Assembly: GCF_009914755.1 (NCBI RefSeq)
Contig: NC_060935.1
DNA from: the human T2T-CHM13v2.0 reference genome, Homo sapiens
Direction: 5' to 3' (one strand)
DNA length: 64,000 nucleotides
Shown here: one piece after another, positions 1-13,799 of the stretch
Numbering within the stretch: the first letter of the stretch is position 1
How the letters are laid out: every line of letters begins with the position of its first letter
Program-made: the position numbers and the translations under genes
Notes under the pieces: generated by a model
What the model was told of the DNA's origin: nothing
Databases searched by the model: none
The model's input: the letters and a program-made list of their open reading frames with translations, nothing else

Positions 1-135
1 AGGACAAAAGTTGAGAACCTGGCAAGAGTAAGAGAGAGCCTGTGCTCATTAGGACTTGGCCACATGGAAAGGTGCTGCATCCAACACAAGTTTCTATCTT
101 CTACATCAAGGGAAATGGCCTATTGCCCAGAAAGT

Positions 136-159
136 GGGGGGGGGGGGGGGGGGTGGGGG
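136..159 (+). repeat. Poly-G tract (G18-T-G5), G-quadruplex-capable
   Basis: Read directly from the sequence. Confidence 0.95.
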
Positions 160-164
160 ATAGT

Positions 165-400
165 AATGCTTTCTATTTGTATAACGCTTTGTAGTTTACA
201 AAATCTTGCTGCATAAAACATCTCATTTGAACCGTTCAACAACCCCACAAGGTAAGCAGAACAGGTGGTATTGTTCAAATTTAATTGATATTGAAAATCA
301 GGCTAAGAGAGATTAAGAGAGTTGCCTACAGTTATGAATGGCAGAGATAGACCTAGAACTTAGATCTTGTGATGCTCAGTTTGATGCCGTGTCTACTGTA
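165..400 (-). mobile_element. MIR SINE
   Basis: Degenerate antisense MIR core (catctcatttgaaccgttcaacaacccc...aggctaagagagattaagagagttgcct). Confidence 0.7.
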
Positions 401-559
401 TCATATGACTTGATAATGATAACATCATGTATAGAGAATTAAAACACAAGTGAGGAATTGGAAGTAAGCCCCTGGCTATTTACAATGTCTCACTTCAGAC
501 TAGTTACATCCTAAAGTACCAAGAAAAATTACAGCTGAAAACAATAATCTGAAGACTAA

Positions 560-980
560 AACAGCATTAAGGAATCAGGAAGTCTCAGGGAAATATTAGC
601 AATAGACAATATTGTCCTATTTTCTTAAAGGGGAACAGTCTGCAAATGATAGATAGTAAATTTGGCATTGACATCTAGGACCCTTTAAAACAGATTATTA
701 AATGTGTGATTCTCAAATAATCAAAAAAGAAGTTCCTGGCACTGGGACCAAGAATGGGTTCACTAGGAGCAGTTAATGTAGCTGTGAGCTGCTATCATTT
801 TAATAGTTATTTGACTGGTAAATTAGGAAAATTGTTAGACACATAAATCTGAAACTTAGGGCATGTTTAGGATAAATCTGTTTTGATATTGTAGTCAAGA
901 AAATAGGGAGATATAGGCCAGATTATAGAATTAGTTGCATTTGTACATGTTTAACAGGGGACCAAAAACTCAATAAGTAC
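560..980 (+). mobile_element. CR1/L3 LINE RT-domain fossil
   Basis: Decayed translation resembles CR1 RT motifs: PIFxKG (cctattttcttaaagggg), KQIIK (aaacagattattaaa), GFT (aatgggttcactagg). Confidence 0.65.
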
Positions 981-1789
981 CGAGTACTTGGAGACTGGGA
1001 AACTCTGGAGAGAAAAAGCCTCCTTCTAAGGCTGATGGGGGCATCAGCTCAGGCCCGATGGGACAAGTCCAAGAGGTCTGAGGCAAAATTATGTGCAAGT
1101 TAGCACGTCTGATGGATCTGATCAAAGATCATTTCAAGGTTTCTGAATTATGGCTCTTCCATCATGTGAGAATTCAAGTTTTTAAATTAGAAACTTGAGC
1201 GAATGCCAGGAAACCAGGATGAAGGTCCAAACTCAGGAAGAAGGAGTCAGGGACTCCGGTGACCTCACACTGTGGCTGCAGTGTTGAGCCTGGGTTTTTG
1301 TCTCCACTGGCAAAGGCAGGGGCAGAGATTGTTAGATGGTCCAGTCTTGCTCCACACAAAGGGAATAGACAGTGCTCTTGACAACACTTCCTATTCATGT
1401 CCAGGCACTTGGACAACAGATATAGGGAGGAAACCACTGATATGCTGCTGGTCTGATGCTCATTGATTTTAGGAAAGGCCAGGGCTGATGTACACATATC
1501 TTGTGATCAGCAGTATAGCTGCAGAAGGCTCATGGACATGGAGGTGCCCACTCACTGCAGGCCCACTGTCAATGAGGGAGAGGACATTGCCCTGGAGTTG
1601 AACCAAGTGGTCTCTGAGGTTTTTTCCAAGAGTGATTTTCGCAAGGAATGGAAAGCCCATTTTAAGTCTTTCTAATACTATAGGTCAGCTATTAATCCGC
1701 AGCTTTTCATTCTAAATTCAGTTGAAAAGGTCCCATGTGCTATTTCCCATTTTCCATACTATGGGAGTAGCAGCTCATAGTTACAATAA

Positions 1790-1905
1790 ATTAGGACAGA
1801 GTGGAGAAACCACTGGAAGCCTGGGTTCTAGCCATGATTTGCCACTCTGCTTTTTACATATCATTTAACCTCTTTGGGCCTTTGATTTCATTGATGAAAA
1901 AATAA
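1790..1905 (+). mobile_element. MIR fragment
   Basis: cctgggttctagcc...catttaacctctttgggcct MIR core. Confidence 0.55.
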
Positions 1906-2264
1906 TTTCACTGTGAGATATTCTATACATGAAATATATTAATATATTCATGCACACACACATGTGCATACAAGATTAATACATCACATTTTACCTCATC
2001 CTCTAGCTTAAGGGAACATTACAAGAGTCTTCCATGACTTTTATCTGATTCTCCTGATCATTTTCTGTTTCCTTGTTCCTAAGTATAAGCACTCTCCAGT
2101 GCCTTTTGTATTTTTCATCTCCTTTGTTTTTGTTATAATTTTATTACCTATATATGTGTTCCTAAAAAATACATCACTAAATTCTGTATGTTTTGGAATT
2201 TACATGAATGATTTCAACTCTAGAGTTTTAGTTTTCTTACGGTAAATCGGAGATTTTAATTTTA

Positions 2265-2655
2265 TTTTTAGGACTCTTTGCTTCTAAGCATTAGAAACTG
2301 ATCTTGGGTTTATAAAGAAAGACATTCGCTAGAAGGATCTAGTGTTATTCAGACTCAGAGGAAGCACTCAACAACCAGACCTCAGGAAGGGCTGGATAAG
2401 GCAGCTCCTGGAATTTCAGTACCAGCAGTTGGTAAAATTTTCCAGCAATGCTACTATTGACTAAAGTAGCTCCAACAGGTTTTAGTCCCTTGTTTTTTTT
2501 CTTCAAAGTGCAACCTTGCTAGAAATCATTTATTTGGCTCAGTCTGGCCATGTGCTCTACCTTGCACTCAGGAGAAATGTGTCTCATGATTGGCAGCCCA
2601 GCCGATGTCCATGGAGCTAGAGGAGAGCATTCCCTCCAAGGAAGGGGTCCTGGGC
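2265..2655. mobile_element. MaLR LTR (MLT1K/L-like)
   Basis: ttaggactctttgcttctaagcattagaaac start and ttggctcagtctggccatgtgc motif typical of old MLT1 LTRs. Confidence 0.5.
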
Positions 2656-5644
2656 TTGCTTTACCTCTCTCTGAGGGTTAGTATGAGGAGCCCATGAGAC
2701 CATAAATGTGGAAATTCTTTTAAAAGTGTGAAGCACTGTACATATTCATTCATTTGTTAAATGACAAAAAATATTTTAAATGCCTGCACTGTGCTAGGTA
2801 CCATGTTAGACGCTGGGGATACACAAATGACAAACTATACCCAAATATATAAATGAAAAACGTGGTAAAAGCAAGCAATTTATTGCTTGGTGATTTTGTC
2901 TATGTACTGCATAAAGCCCTGGACACAGACTACTTTTTTACTACACCCTAAAAAGGCAGTTATTATTATTCCAATTTTACAAATTGGTAGCCTAGATTGG
3001 AAGTCTGGAATCCTGACTCCAGGTTGAGTAGCCTTGCCTCCTGAGATGAGCTATAATACAGTCAGATATACAGGCTATGACAGAAGGACAATGATGGGGG
3101 CACTGAATACAAGCTTCATAGAAAAGGGACCTTTGAGGGTCCATGAGGCATTTACGAGGAGGCAAAACGATGGGAGGAGGTCCACCCCAGGCTGAGCGAA
3201 GAGCATGGGGATGGCAGGATTTATTGTGGGCATGTAGACCAAGGACAGGCAGTGTCCAACAGGGAGCTATTCTTTCCTCTACCCCTTCCTTTTCCAGGTT
3301 TATTTCTTATAGTTTAATCTCAAGGCATAGAAAACCTCTGCTGCAAATTTCAGTGTTTGTCTTTCCACTGAGGAATAATCCCATTCAAAGAAAAACCATT
3401 CTGGGTGGTAAGGAAGGTTGCTATTTATTTATTTAAGATGTGGGCAAACTCCTAATCAAAACTTCTACCATCATCTAAGCTGGCGTTCTTCCCAATGCGC
3501 TTTGTGAAAACTTTTGCCTAAGGCTTGCAGATTTGGTTTGCTATTTAAAATAATACAATTTGGCAATTGCTGAGGCTTTTTGTGCATCTGTTGTGTGTTT
3601 AAGTGGAACCTCATGGAAGATTGGAAACTCAGACCACAGAGGCAGCCTTAGAGCTACCTTCCATTGGATTCATGGTAGGAGTCCATCACTATTACCATTT
3701 TCAACATAGTGTTAATCACCATCATCATGATCATTGTTTTCAGCCACAGGGTCTGTAGACTTCAGTTGTTATTATGAGACCACAGAGTTATGATCTCTGA
3801 GCGAAAGCTGTTTGCAAGGTGTATTGATATGGTCAAACAGAAATAAGTTTGTATTTATGCAGAATACATAAAAGAAACCAGGAAACTCTGAAATCGAGTT
3901 AGGAGGTTCAACATTTATAGGAGTTTAATTTGCAAGAGGATTTAGATGGGGCTGTGGGAAGTGGTGCTAAGGAAGCAAACTAGCGTATTTGCATAATTTC
4001 TATCCTCACTTGAAATCCCATAGTTAATTTAAAAACTTATCTTTTAAGTATTTACCATTCAAATCTATCACCTCTAGAAGGAATAATGTATATCATAGTG
4101 CTTTGTACCTTATAAAGTCCTGGTGAATGGTTAGTGGTTCCCGCTTTTGTTTTGGGACCTACGGCTTGTGCTTGTTCTTTTCATGCTCCAGAAAACAAGC
4201 CTCAGAAATTTGATGACTGGGGTAGAATTGCTGAAGAAATTAACAGAAAAGGATGGAACTAAAATTCAGGTCTTACAACTTTCCACGCATTGAGTTTCAC
4301 GTGAGATCTTCTCACCAATCTGTACCTTACTTTCACTTGTTGAATCCCCTTCACAGTATATAGGATTTCAGGTAGAAATATGATTGGCAGAATAGTTCCA
4401 TTTGCAGGTCCTATTTATCACACTAGAATCTACCCCTCTGGAGACCTATTTTAAAATCATTTTGGATGTGATTTGAAAGAATGCCTCCCTATCTTGAAGC
4501 TCCAGGGATATGTCTCAAATGATCTTGATCATGACCTATGATTTTATATTATGCTGAGTAGGGTTTTTTGTCTTCACGATGATAAAGAAAGTGGAGAACA
4601 TAGCACTCAGCCACTATTATCTCTATTAACCCAGGCAAAGCATTGACCTTTGATTGCTCCCCCGTTTCTTTCTATTGTCTCCACCAGTTGCATGTTCTTA
4701 GTGTTGTGCATAAATAAGTCTAATTAGGAACACAAGTTTCAGGCTATAGAAAAGCACTTAGCAGCTCTCCATGAATGCTGCGTTTAAACGAAATAGAATT
4801 ACAATGCGGAGCAGTATTACAGTATCAGTTTCTCTCTCTTTCTCTGTCCTCCTCTCTCTGTTTCCCTCTTTGTGCCTCTGTGGCCTTCTTTTTTCCTCCA
4901 CTTTCCAACTACAATGAATGTCTTGACTCAATATTCCTAACCAACATCTTGCCTGTTGGGTTTTTATCTCAACTCATTCTTTTTTCATAGTCTTTTCCTG
5001 TGCCTTACAGATAATGTGAAGCAGATATCTTCTAAAATGTACTCCTGCTTTCCATAGTAAATCATTTCCAGAGGCAAAGTCTTCTCTTTTGTTCTTCAGG
5101 ATTTTTTCCCCCTCAGGTCCTATATTAATCCATTCATCCATCCAACCATCCATCCACCGACCAATCTTAAATAATGGTTTATCAAGAGCATATCTATTCA
5201 GGCCAAGTGTCAGCCAACACACAGGAAACATGATTTACACCCTGCACCCACCTCTCTCACTATTCAGGTTGGAGGATGGGGGAAAACTGTGTGCTCAGTT
5301 TTCTGCAGAATGCACATAGTATGCTTTCCATAAATGCAAAATTTGTGGACGCTACTATTGATGTCATCCTTTTCCTAAAGGCATATCCAGATGAAAGAAA
5401 TTTTTAAAAAGTTATTCCTTGTCCTCTATTTAGGAGATTGATCTGTTAGGAAAATCATAAAACAATTTGGGATAGTGCATAAGATGCAATTAGATATCAA
5501 AAAAGACAGGTGCAGGCCTAAAAGGATATGCATATTTAGGGAAGGTTTGCATTAACCAAAGAAAGCTCATTACAGAATTAAACTGGGTTTTGAAAGATGG
5601 AAAATATTTGGATAATTAAAAAGGAGGATAAAGGATAATAATAT

Positions 5645-5870
5645 GAAGAATTTACTACTTTCTAGACTGTTCTAAGTGCTTTTGTGTACATATTAACTCG
5701 TTTAATCATTTAGTTCTTACAGAAGCTTATAGGGTGGTACTATTAATATATTGCTTTTGTGGATAAGTAAATTGAAGAACAGAAAGGTTAAGTAACACAG
5801 CTAGGAATTGGCAATCAGAATTTGAACCCAGACAGACTTGCGGTAGGACATGTGCTCTTAACCATTGGAC
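5645..5870 (-). mobile_element. MIR SINE
   Basis: gataagtaaattgaagaacagaaaggttaagtaac...gaatttgaacccagacag. Confidence 0.7.
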
Positions 5871-6865
5871 TCTTAAAAGTAGACCAGGTGGGTAAAATAG
5901 GAAAGGCTGGAAGGGAGAGGCCTGTGGAAGGAAGAATCAACCATGGGTACCTGAAGGATGGGATGTTAACATTCTTTATTTCACTAAAGAAATGAATCAT
6001 TACAAAGATTAAATAAAATCTTGCTATTTACCTGGTTTTTCAAAGGAATATTTACTGGTTCTTGATAAGTTCAGCCCCAGGGAGCCACAACAATGGGTTA
6101 ATTTTTTTCTTGGGCTAAATTTTATTTTTTTCCCTGGTAAAAAGAATATTTAATACAGAGCTCAGACCATATGATTTATTGCCTGTTTGAAAATCCTTTT
6201 CATCACTGTATGTTTTACCAGTAAATATTTAATCCTTGGCACCAAGTGCCACCCTGTTTATTAACTTTAGAGTTCATACTTTATAGTAAACTAAATTCTA
6301 AAATATCCTATGAAGAGAAAGACATTTCATCTACATAGTTCGCTGAGCAATTTTGCCAAAAGGAACCCCATATTATACGGCTTGGTCACATCACCCCTTT
6401 GATTATCGGAAAGCCTGATCACTAGAAAAGCAAACTTTCCTTCACAATAATGTCTATATTATGTTACACTTGCTGTGGATTCCCAAGTTTTCATCCCAAA
6501 CAATTGTCTTGTGCCCAAAGACACGACCAGAATAAATGGCCTGGCTAGAGGCTTCACGCTTTTGCATGGGTGGCCCCCTCTGACTGACGATTCTGTTTTC
6601 CTGTCTTTGAGGCTATGGTTTCAAAAATTTAAAACCACCAGACCCAGAAAAGATAAATCTCTCTCAGTTTGCTTCAGAAAATCTAAACTCAATAATATCC
6701 ACGTTGGTGGCTTCTGGAGAGAGTTACTCATCTGTCTCTCAGAAATGGGCCTTTTGGATCTCACTGACTCACTCTGGGACTGCTAGAGTTTTGCTCTAAG
6801 GCAGGGTTCTGAATCAGTGCTTGCCGAGTTTCCTCTTACTGCTCCAGCACATACTCTTCATTTTA

Positions 6866-8236
6866 TTTGTTTTATTTCTCCTCTCTTTTTTTTTCACTTT
6901 CATTTTAGGTTCAGGGGTTCATGTGCAGGTTTGTTATATGGGTAAATAAATTGCATGTTGTGAGGATTTGGTGTACACATTATTTTGTCACCCGGGCAAT
7001 CAGCATAGTACTCGTTTTTCCATCCTCACCCTCCTCCCACCCTCCACCCTCAAGTAGGCACTGGTGTCTGTTGTTGCCTTCTTTGTGTCCATATGTACTC
7101 AATGTTTAGCTCCCACTTCTAAGTGAGAACATGTGGTATTTGGTTTTCTGTTCCTGTGTTAGTTTGCTTAGAATAATGGCCTCCAGCTCCACTGATGTTG
7201 CTGCAAAGGACATAATCTTATTCTTTTTTATGGCCGCACAGTATTCTATGGTTTATATGAACCACATTTGCTTTATCCAGTCCACCACTGATGGGCATTC
7301 AGGATGTTTCCATGTCTTTGCTGTTGTAAATAGTGCTGTGATGAACATATGAATGCATGTGACTTTGCTGTAGAACGATTTATATTTCTTTGGGTATGAG
7401 CCTAATAATGGGACTGCTAGGTTAAATGGTAATTGTGTTTTAAGTTCTTTGAGAAATCACCAAACTGCTTTCTGCAATAGCTGAACTAATTTACATTCCC
7501 ACCAGCGTGTATTCAGTGTTCTTTTTTCTCTTCAATCTTACCATCATCTGTTAATTTTTGACTTTTTAATAATACCCATTCTGGTTGGTGTGAGATTGTA
7601 TATCTCATTGTGGTTTTGATTTGCATTTTTCTAATAATTAGTGATGTTGGGCATTTTTTCATATGCTTATTGGCCATGTTATGCCTTCTGTAGAAAAGTG
7701 TCTCTTCATGTCCTTTGCCCACTTTTTAATACAACTGTTCTTTGCTTATAAATCTGTAAGTTACTTACATATTCTGGATATTAGACCTTTGTTGGATGCA
7801 TGGTTTGTAAAAATTTTCTCCCATTCTGTCGGTTGTCTGTTTACTCTGTTGATAGTTTCTTTTGTTGGGCAGAAGGTCTTAAGTTTAATTAGATCCCATT
7901 TGTCAATTTTGTTTTTGTTTCAATTGTTTTTGGTGTCTTGGGCATGAAATTTTGGCCAGATCTTATGTCCAGAATGGTATTTCCTAGGTTATTGTCCAGG
8001 GTTTTTATAGTTTTAGGTGTTACATTTAAACCTTTAATCCATCTTGGGTTGATTTTTATATGTGGTGTAAGGAAGGCGTCCAGTTTCAATTGTCTGCAGA
8101 TGGCTAGCCAGTTATCCCAGGAACATTTATTGAATAAGGAGTCCTTTCCCCATTGCTAGTTTTTTGTTGATTTTGTCTCAGGTCAGATGGTTATAGATAT
8201 GCAGCATTATTTCTCAGCTCTCTATTCTGTTCCACT

Positions 8237-8271
<35 letters not shown>

Positions 8272-9313
8272 ACCGGTACCATGCTGTTTTGGTTACTGTA
8301 GCCTTATAATATAGTTTGAAGTCAAGTAATGTAATGTCTCCAGCTTTGTTCTTTTTGCTTAGGATTGCCTTGGCCATTCAGGGTCTTTTTTGGTTTCATC
8401 TGAATTTTAGAATATTTTTTTCTAATTCTGTGAAGAATGTCATTGGTAGTTTGATAGGAATAGCATTGAATCTGTAAATTGCTTTGAGCGGTATGGCCAT
8501 TTTAACAATATTGATTTTTCCTATCTATGAACATGGAATGTTTTTCCATTTGTTTGTGTAATCTCTGATTTCTTTGAGCAGTGTTTCATAATTCTCTTTG
8601 TAGAGATCTTTTACCTCCTTGGCTATCTGTATTCCTAGGCATTTTATTCTTTTTGTGGCTACTGTGAAGAAAATTAGGTTCTTGATTTGGCCCTTAGCGT
8701 GAATACTGTTGGTGTATAGAAATACTACTGATTTTTGTACATTGATTTTGTATCCCGAAACTTTACTAAAGTTGTTTATCAGATAAAGGAGCTTTTGGGC
8801 AGAGACTATGAGGTTTTCTAGGCAGAGAATCATATCATCTGCAAACAGGTATAGTTTGACTTCCTCTTCCTGTTTGGATGCCTTTTATTTATTTCCCTGG
8901 ACTAATTGCTCTGGCTAGGACTTTCAGTATTATGTGGAATAGGAGTGGTGAGAGAGAACCTGCTTGTCTTGTTCCAGTTTTCAAGGGGAATGCTTCCAGC
9001 TTTTGCCCATCCAGTATGATGCTGCCTGTGGGTTTTTCATAGATGGCTCTTACTATTTTGAAGTATGCTTCTTTAATGCCTAGTTTGTTGAAGGTTTTTA
9101 ATATGAAGGGATGTTGAATTTTATTGAAAGCCTTTTCTGGGTCTATTGGGATGATCATATGGTTTTTGTTTTTAGTTCTGTTTATGTGGTGAATTGCATG
9201 TATTGATTTGTGTATGTTGAACCAACCTTGCATTCCAGGGATAAAGCCTACTTGATGTTGGTGGATTAGCTTTTTGATGTGCTGCTGGATTTGGTTTGCT
9301 AGTATTCTTTTGT
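6866..9313 (-). mobile_element. 5'-truncated L1 (L1PA15/16-like), degenerate ORF2 3' half plus 3'UTR
   Basis: ORF2 fragments in the ORF track (7513-9233); old L1PA 3'UTR; degenerate 15-bp TSD atactcttcatttta (6851-6865) / atactctgcacttta (9314-9328). Confidence 0.9.
8238..8269. repeat. (GT)n microsatellite inside L1
   Basis: About 16 GT units. Confidence 0.95.
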
Positions 9314-9493
9314 ATACTCTGCACTTTAAAGCACACCCTATACCTTCCTATATTCTCTTCCTGCCATTCACTTTGGAGGAAATTCGTTTCCTTACCCACT
9401 TATTTCCTCAGTTATTAAAATTATATCCATTCTTAAAAGTCCAATTCCAATGACCATTATTTTACTCCAAGTGTAATATGGAGTTCATTTTTC

Positions 9494-9810
9494 TTTTTTT
9501 CTTTTCTTTTCTTTTTTTTTTTTTGAGATGGAGTCTTGCTTTGTCGCCCAGGCTGGAGTGCAGTGGCGCGATCTCGGCTCACTGCAAGCTCTGCCTCCCG
9601 GGTTCACATGCCATTCTCCTGCCTCAGCCTCCCGAGTAGCTGGGACTACAGGTGCCCACCACCACGCCTGGCTAATTTTTTTTTGTATTTTTAGTAGAGA
9701 CAGGGTTTCACTGTGTTAGCCAGGATGGTCTCGATCTCCTGACCTCGTGATCTGCCCATCTCGGCCTCCCAAAGTGCTGGGATTACAGGCATGAGCCACC
9801 ACACCTGGCC
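9494..9810 (-). mobile_element. AluY
   Basis: AluY diagnostics (ctgcaagctc, ttagccaggatggtctcgatctcc); perfect 15-bp TSD tggagttcatttttc at 9479-9493 and 9811-9825. Confidence 0.93.
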
Positions 9811-10240
9811 TGGAGTTCATTTTTCATGAAATTTTCCCTGATTCTAAGAAGTTAAATATACAATTCTATAGAAGTATCTTAATTCTTAACATATCATCAC
9901 TTTCACTGACTTATTTATTTTTCAATGTCAATGTTTCTCATTTTTTGTGTTTACTAGAAACCTTAAATTGTGTCAGTTGTTGAAATGGGGAAGATTTCAG
10001 GAAATTGGAGAAAGATCAAAGCTATTAAAGACACTGCAATTAAAGTGAAGTAAAACGAATGAGAAATAAATATAAAAATAACTATTCATCGTTTGATTTA
10101 ATTTTAGTTTTTTACATTTAGTAAACGTTTGTAAAAAGGGGATTTACAAAGAGTGTTTTGTGTGTGCCTGGTAATGTGTGTGATAGCATGCTGTAAACAA
10201 TAAAGCATGTTATAAATGATCATTATTAATATTATTGTGT

Positions 10241-11070
10241 ATAGCAGAAGCTCTTTTAACATGCGTCTGTTTAATTGACTTGCCAGATTAGTGAATGTTT
10301 TTCATTCCCTCTAAGACATTCTAACTAATGCCCTTAGCAGAGCAAGTACTTATAACTAGCAGGCTACTTTCTAGTAAGCCTGTACAATTATGCTCAGAAA
10401 AAATTGTATGCTTACTGAGAGAGCCAGTTGAGTTTATTCCAAAACCTGTTTATTCTAGTTGTACTTGAAATTATAATTGTAAATTTTAATTTGCTAATAT
10501 ATAAAGCAATAGAATATGATTGTGAAAAGATGTTTGCTGTTTATTTGAAAACAAACTTGAAATATTTTTGAAGGACTCAGTAAAGATGGATTACTTTACA
10601 AAGCTGCTGTTGATTTTATAGTTATGAGACCACTACAAAAATGTTGACAAAAAATCTAAAAATCTAGAATTCTGCACTTAGCTTTTTTTTTTTTTTTCCA
10701 TGTAGCTTTCTTTATAAATGACTTGAAGTTCTGGCTTCACTTTAAAGAAACAAAAACCAGAGATCATGGGTGATGCTTGAAAGTGTATTGTTTATACAGT
10801 AAGAACTAAGCAGAACTCTGATCAGAAGAGTCAAAGAAAAAATTGTGGCCTTATTATTATAAGACTAGTAAATAAATTTACATTTCTATTTGATATAGTT
10901 AAAATTAAAATCTATAGTACTTTGTTATAAGTCCCCATCCACATATCCTCATTTTAAGTGGCTTTTTGTTTATCTATGAAACCTTAGGTTTCTGCTAGAA
11001 CATGTTTCTGGTTAACTATCTCAGTGCTGGATGGTACTTGGTGCTAATGAGGCTAACCCTGTCTGATACT
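10241..11070 (+). mobile_element. TcMar-Tigger DNA transposon fossil (N-terminal HTH region of transposase)
   Basis: Decayed translation of 10530-10860 resembles pogo/Tigger HTH segments (LKTNL, ETT, TLKKQKPEIMGDA, KEKIVAL); boundaries approximate. Confidence 0.55.
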
Positions 11071-12655
11071 TTCCAGGCAATGACTCCTTAGATATGGGAT
11101 GATCTGGGCACTGGTTGGAGACAACATCAAACTTACTAACTTAGGATCTAAGAAGAAAAAAAAAAAAGACTGTCCCCCTCGTGCAATAGCCCTCTTTATG
11201 TTCTAGCATGGTCTGACTCCTTAGGCCTAGTCTAGATAAAAAACACAAATGGGAGCTTTGGCAGTCTGGGGTGGCACTGAAGCCTGCAAGCCCAGATGTT
11301 AAATTAAATCAGGTGAGACATTGACCCAGGATGATTGAAGGCTCTGGAACTGGAAGGAAAATGTGAATCATATTTGAAGGGAGAATCAAAAGGTCATGTC
11401 CAGGGAAGCTGTGCCAAATGTTGAGTCTAAGAGCTAAATGAAGTTGTAAATGGAAAGGTGAGTCAAAAGCACAAAACTCGCATGGCTTGGAGCAGGATGA
11501 GATGAGAAGTTTTATATGAAATTAGTCATGGAGAAGGCTGTGATCAGTGTAGGAGTTTTAGGAACCTAATTTTTTTCAGTGGTCAATTTTGGCTTACAAA
11601 CCAGTTAGGTGGGGAGAAACTAGGGGAAGTTTAAACTTAGAATCTTTTTGGGTTTCACTTATATATATAATACTTCAATATATGTAACCAATTTATTGAC
11701 AAACTGCATTTTGTTGGATATATAAAGTTGAAACATTTTACTTTCTTTATCTCTGCCCCCATGTCATGTTGAGTTCACTTTTCATCCCGGATAGTGGCTC
11801 ACTTAATGATAGCTTGGCTTGGTTGTAGAAATTCTATTGCTGTTAGTTATTTAAGTGGTTTTATATTGGTTTCTAAGATCCAGTACTTTCAACTTAAAAC
11901 TTTCATCTCATATTACATTCAAAGTAGTGCTTCTCTCCTCCACCAATACTGGGGTTTTATTGTCTTGTAGTGAGGATCTGTGTTGTGTGGACTGGCTCTC
12001 AGAGAGTTCTACACAGTTCTTCCTGCAAGTAATTTCTTAGATGTTAGGACAGAAGAAAGGAAAAAAACAAAAAAGAAAAATGAACACTTTCTTCATGACT
12101 GAGCCATGTTGCAGTCTTGCCCTTGGATGGTCATGATGGCTGCTCTTGCTCATTGTCCATGAACTCCAAGTACGTGAATAGTTGCTAAACATGCCTTGCA
12201 GACGAGGAACTCTTAATCTAGAGGAGTAAGTCATTGGTGACGTCTTAGAAGATTCAGCTGCATCTTCCTGCTGACTCCCAGGAGATGGCATCACACTTTG
12301 CTTCTCCTATATTCCCCTCTCACCTTGCTGTGTCAGTTCTGGGGAGGCTGTAGCTCTTAATCTTCTCAACTCATGTCTAGTTCCAGCCACAGAATGAAAT
12401 ATCAGCCTCTCCATCTTGCTGATACCCTCAAACTTTATAAAGTGATTTGTTCTCAGTTAAGGGGCAAGAGAAGTTCCCTAAGATGAGGCAAGGGATAGCT
12501 CTTTTTCACAAGCCCTGCAATGCCCTAGACAATTTTTTTTCATCAAGCTTTCTTCTCATATTGGCAGGGCTGAACAGGAGTACCAGTTTTTAGTAGGGGT
12601 AGTCCTCTGAATTGGTACTTTTCAGTAGCCTTGAGAGTGAAAATTCCCTGAATTA

Positions 12656-13007
<352 letters not shown>

Positions 13008-13799
13008 TTATCTTCAGCTTTAAGTCTTAGATAGGAAAAAAAAAAAACCTTGATTTCTCTGATGCATGCTTTGTGGCAGTGATTTTGAATTGTTTTCCTT
13101 TTCCATCCTTGCCATTGGTGAGGTAAAGGACTTTCTTAGCTCCAGGTAATTTCTTGGTTCCAGATTATCCAGAGAATCCTGGGCCATACATACTTCAAAT
13201 GAAGTGCACTAACCTCATCTGAGAATAAGCAAATATCAGTTGCTCAGCATAGACCAATTTATTGGGCATTTTTGAATGCAATTTAGTACAATTTTATTGC
13301 TTTCCTACTGTATGTAAGTGCTGCAGAGTGAGAAACAAGATTCATGGTCTCAAGATGCAAAGTATTCTAGGCAGGTGGAAATCACTCTTTACATATATAT
13401 AATGTAGTGTTTTGGGAAAAGTAATTTGGATACATATTCAGGAGAATTATCTTTTGCCAGGACGTGCCAAAAATTGTGAGGCTGTATGAGTTTTAACAAG
13501 CTGCATCAGTTCTCTGGGGCTCAAGTTCTTCGTTTGTAATACAGAGTGTTGGGCAAGGTGATTTCCAGGGATGCAGCTCTAATATTCCTTAATAATATGA
13601 ACTATAGAAACCTATTTCCCCTTGCTCATGTTGTCTTGCATTAAGGTACCCTCCCTGCTTCCTTTTTGTTTTAAAATTTTCTTCTGAAAGATATGTAATT
13701 CAAAAAAGATTAAGAATCTCTGCACTTTACATTCTCTCTGAGCAGTGGAAAGAAAAGATGTCCTGGAAATATACTGGAGTATGTTACATGTCTAGATAA

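Noticed and set aside
1174-1675. Overlapping 63-107 aa ORFs
   Set aside because: No recognisable domain; the 3' part resembles a MIR3/L3 tail
12037-12294. 85-aa Ser-rich ORF
   Set aside because: No recognisable homology; lies in what looks like decayed L1M 5' sequence
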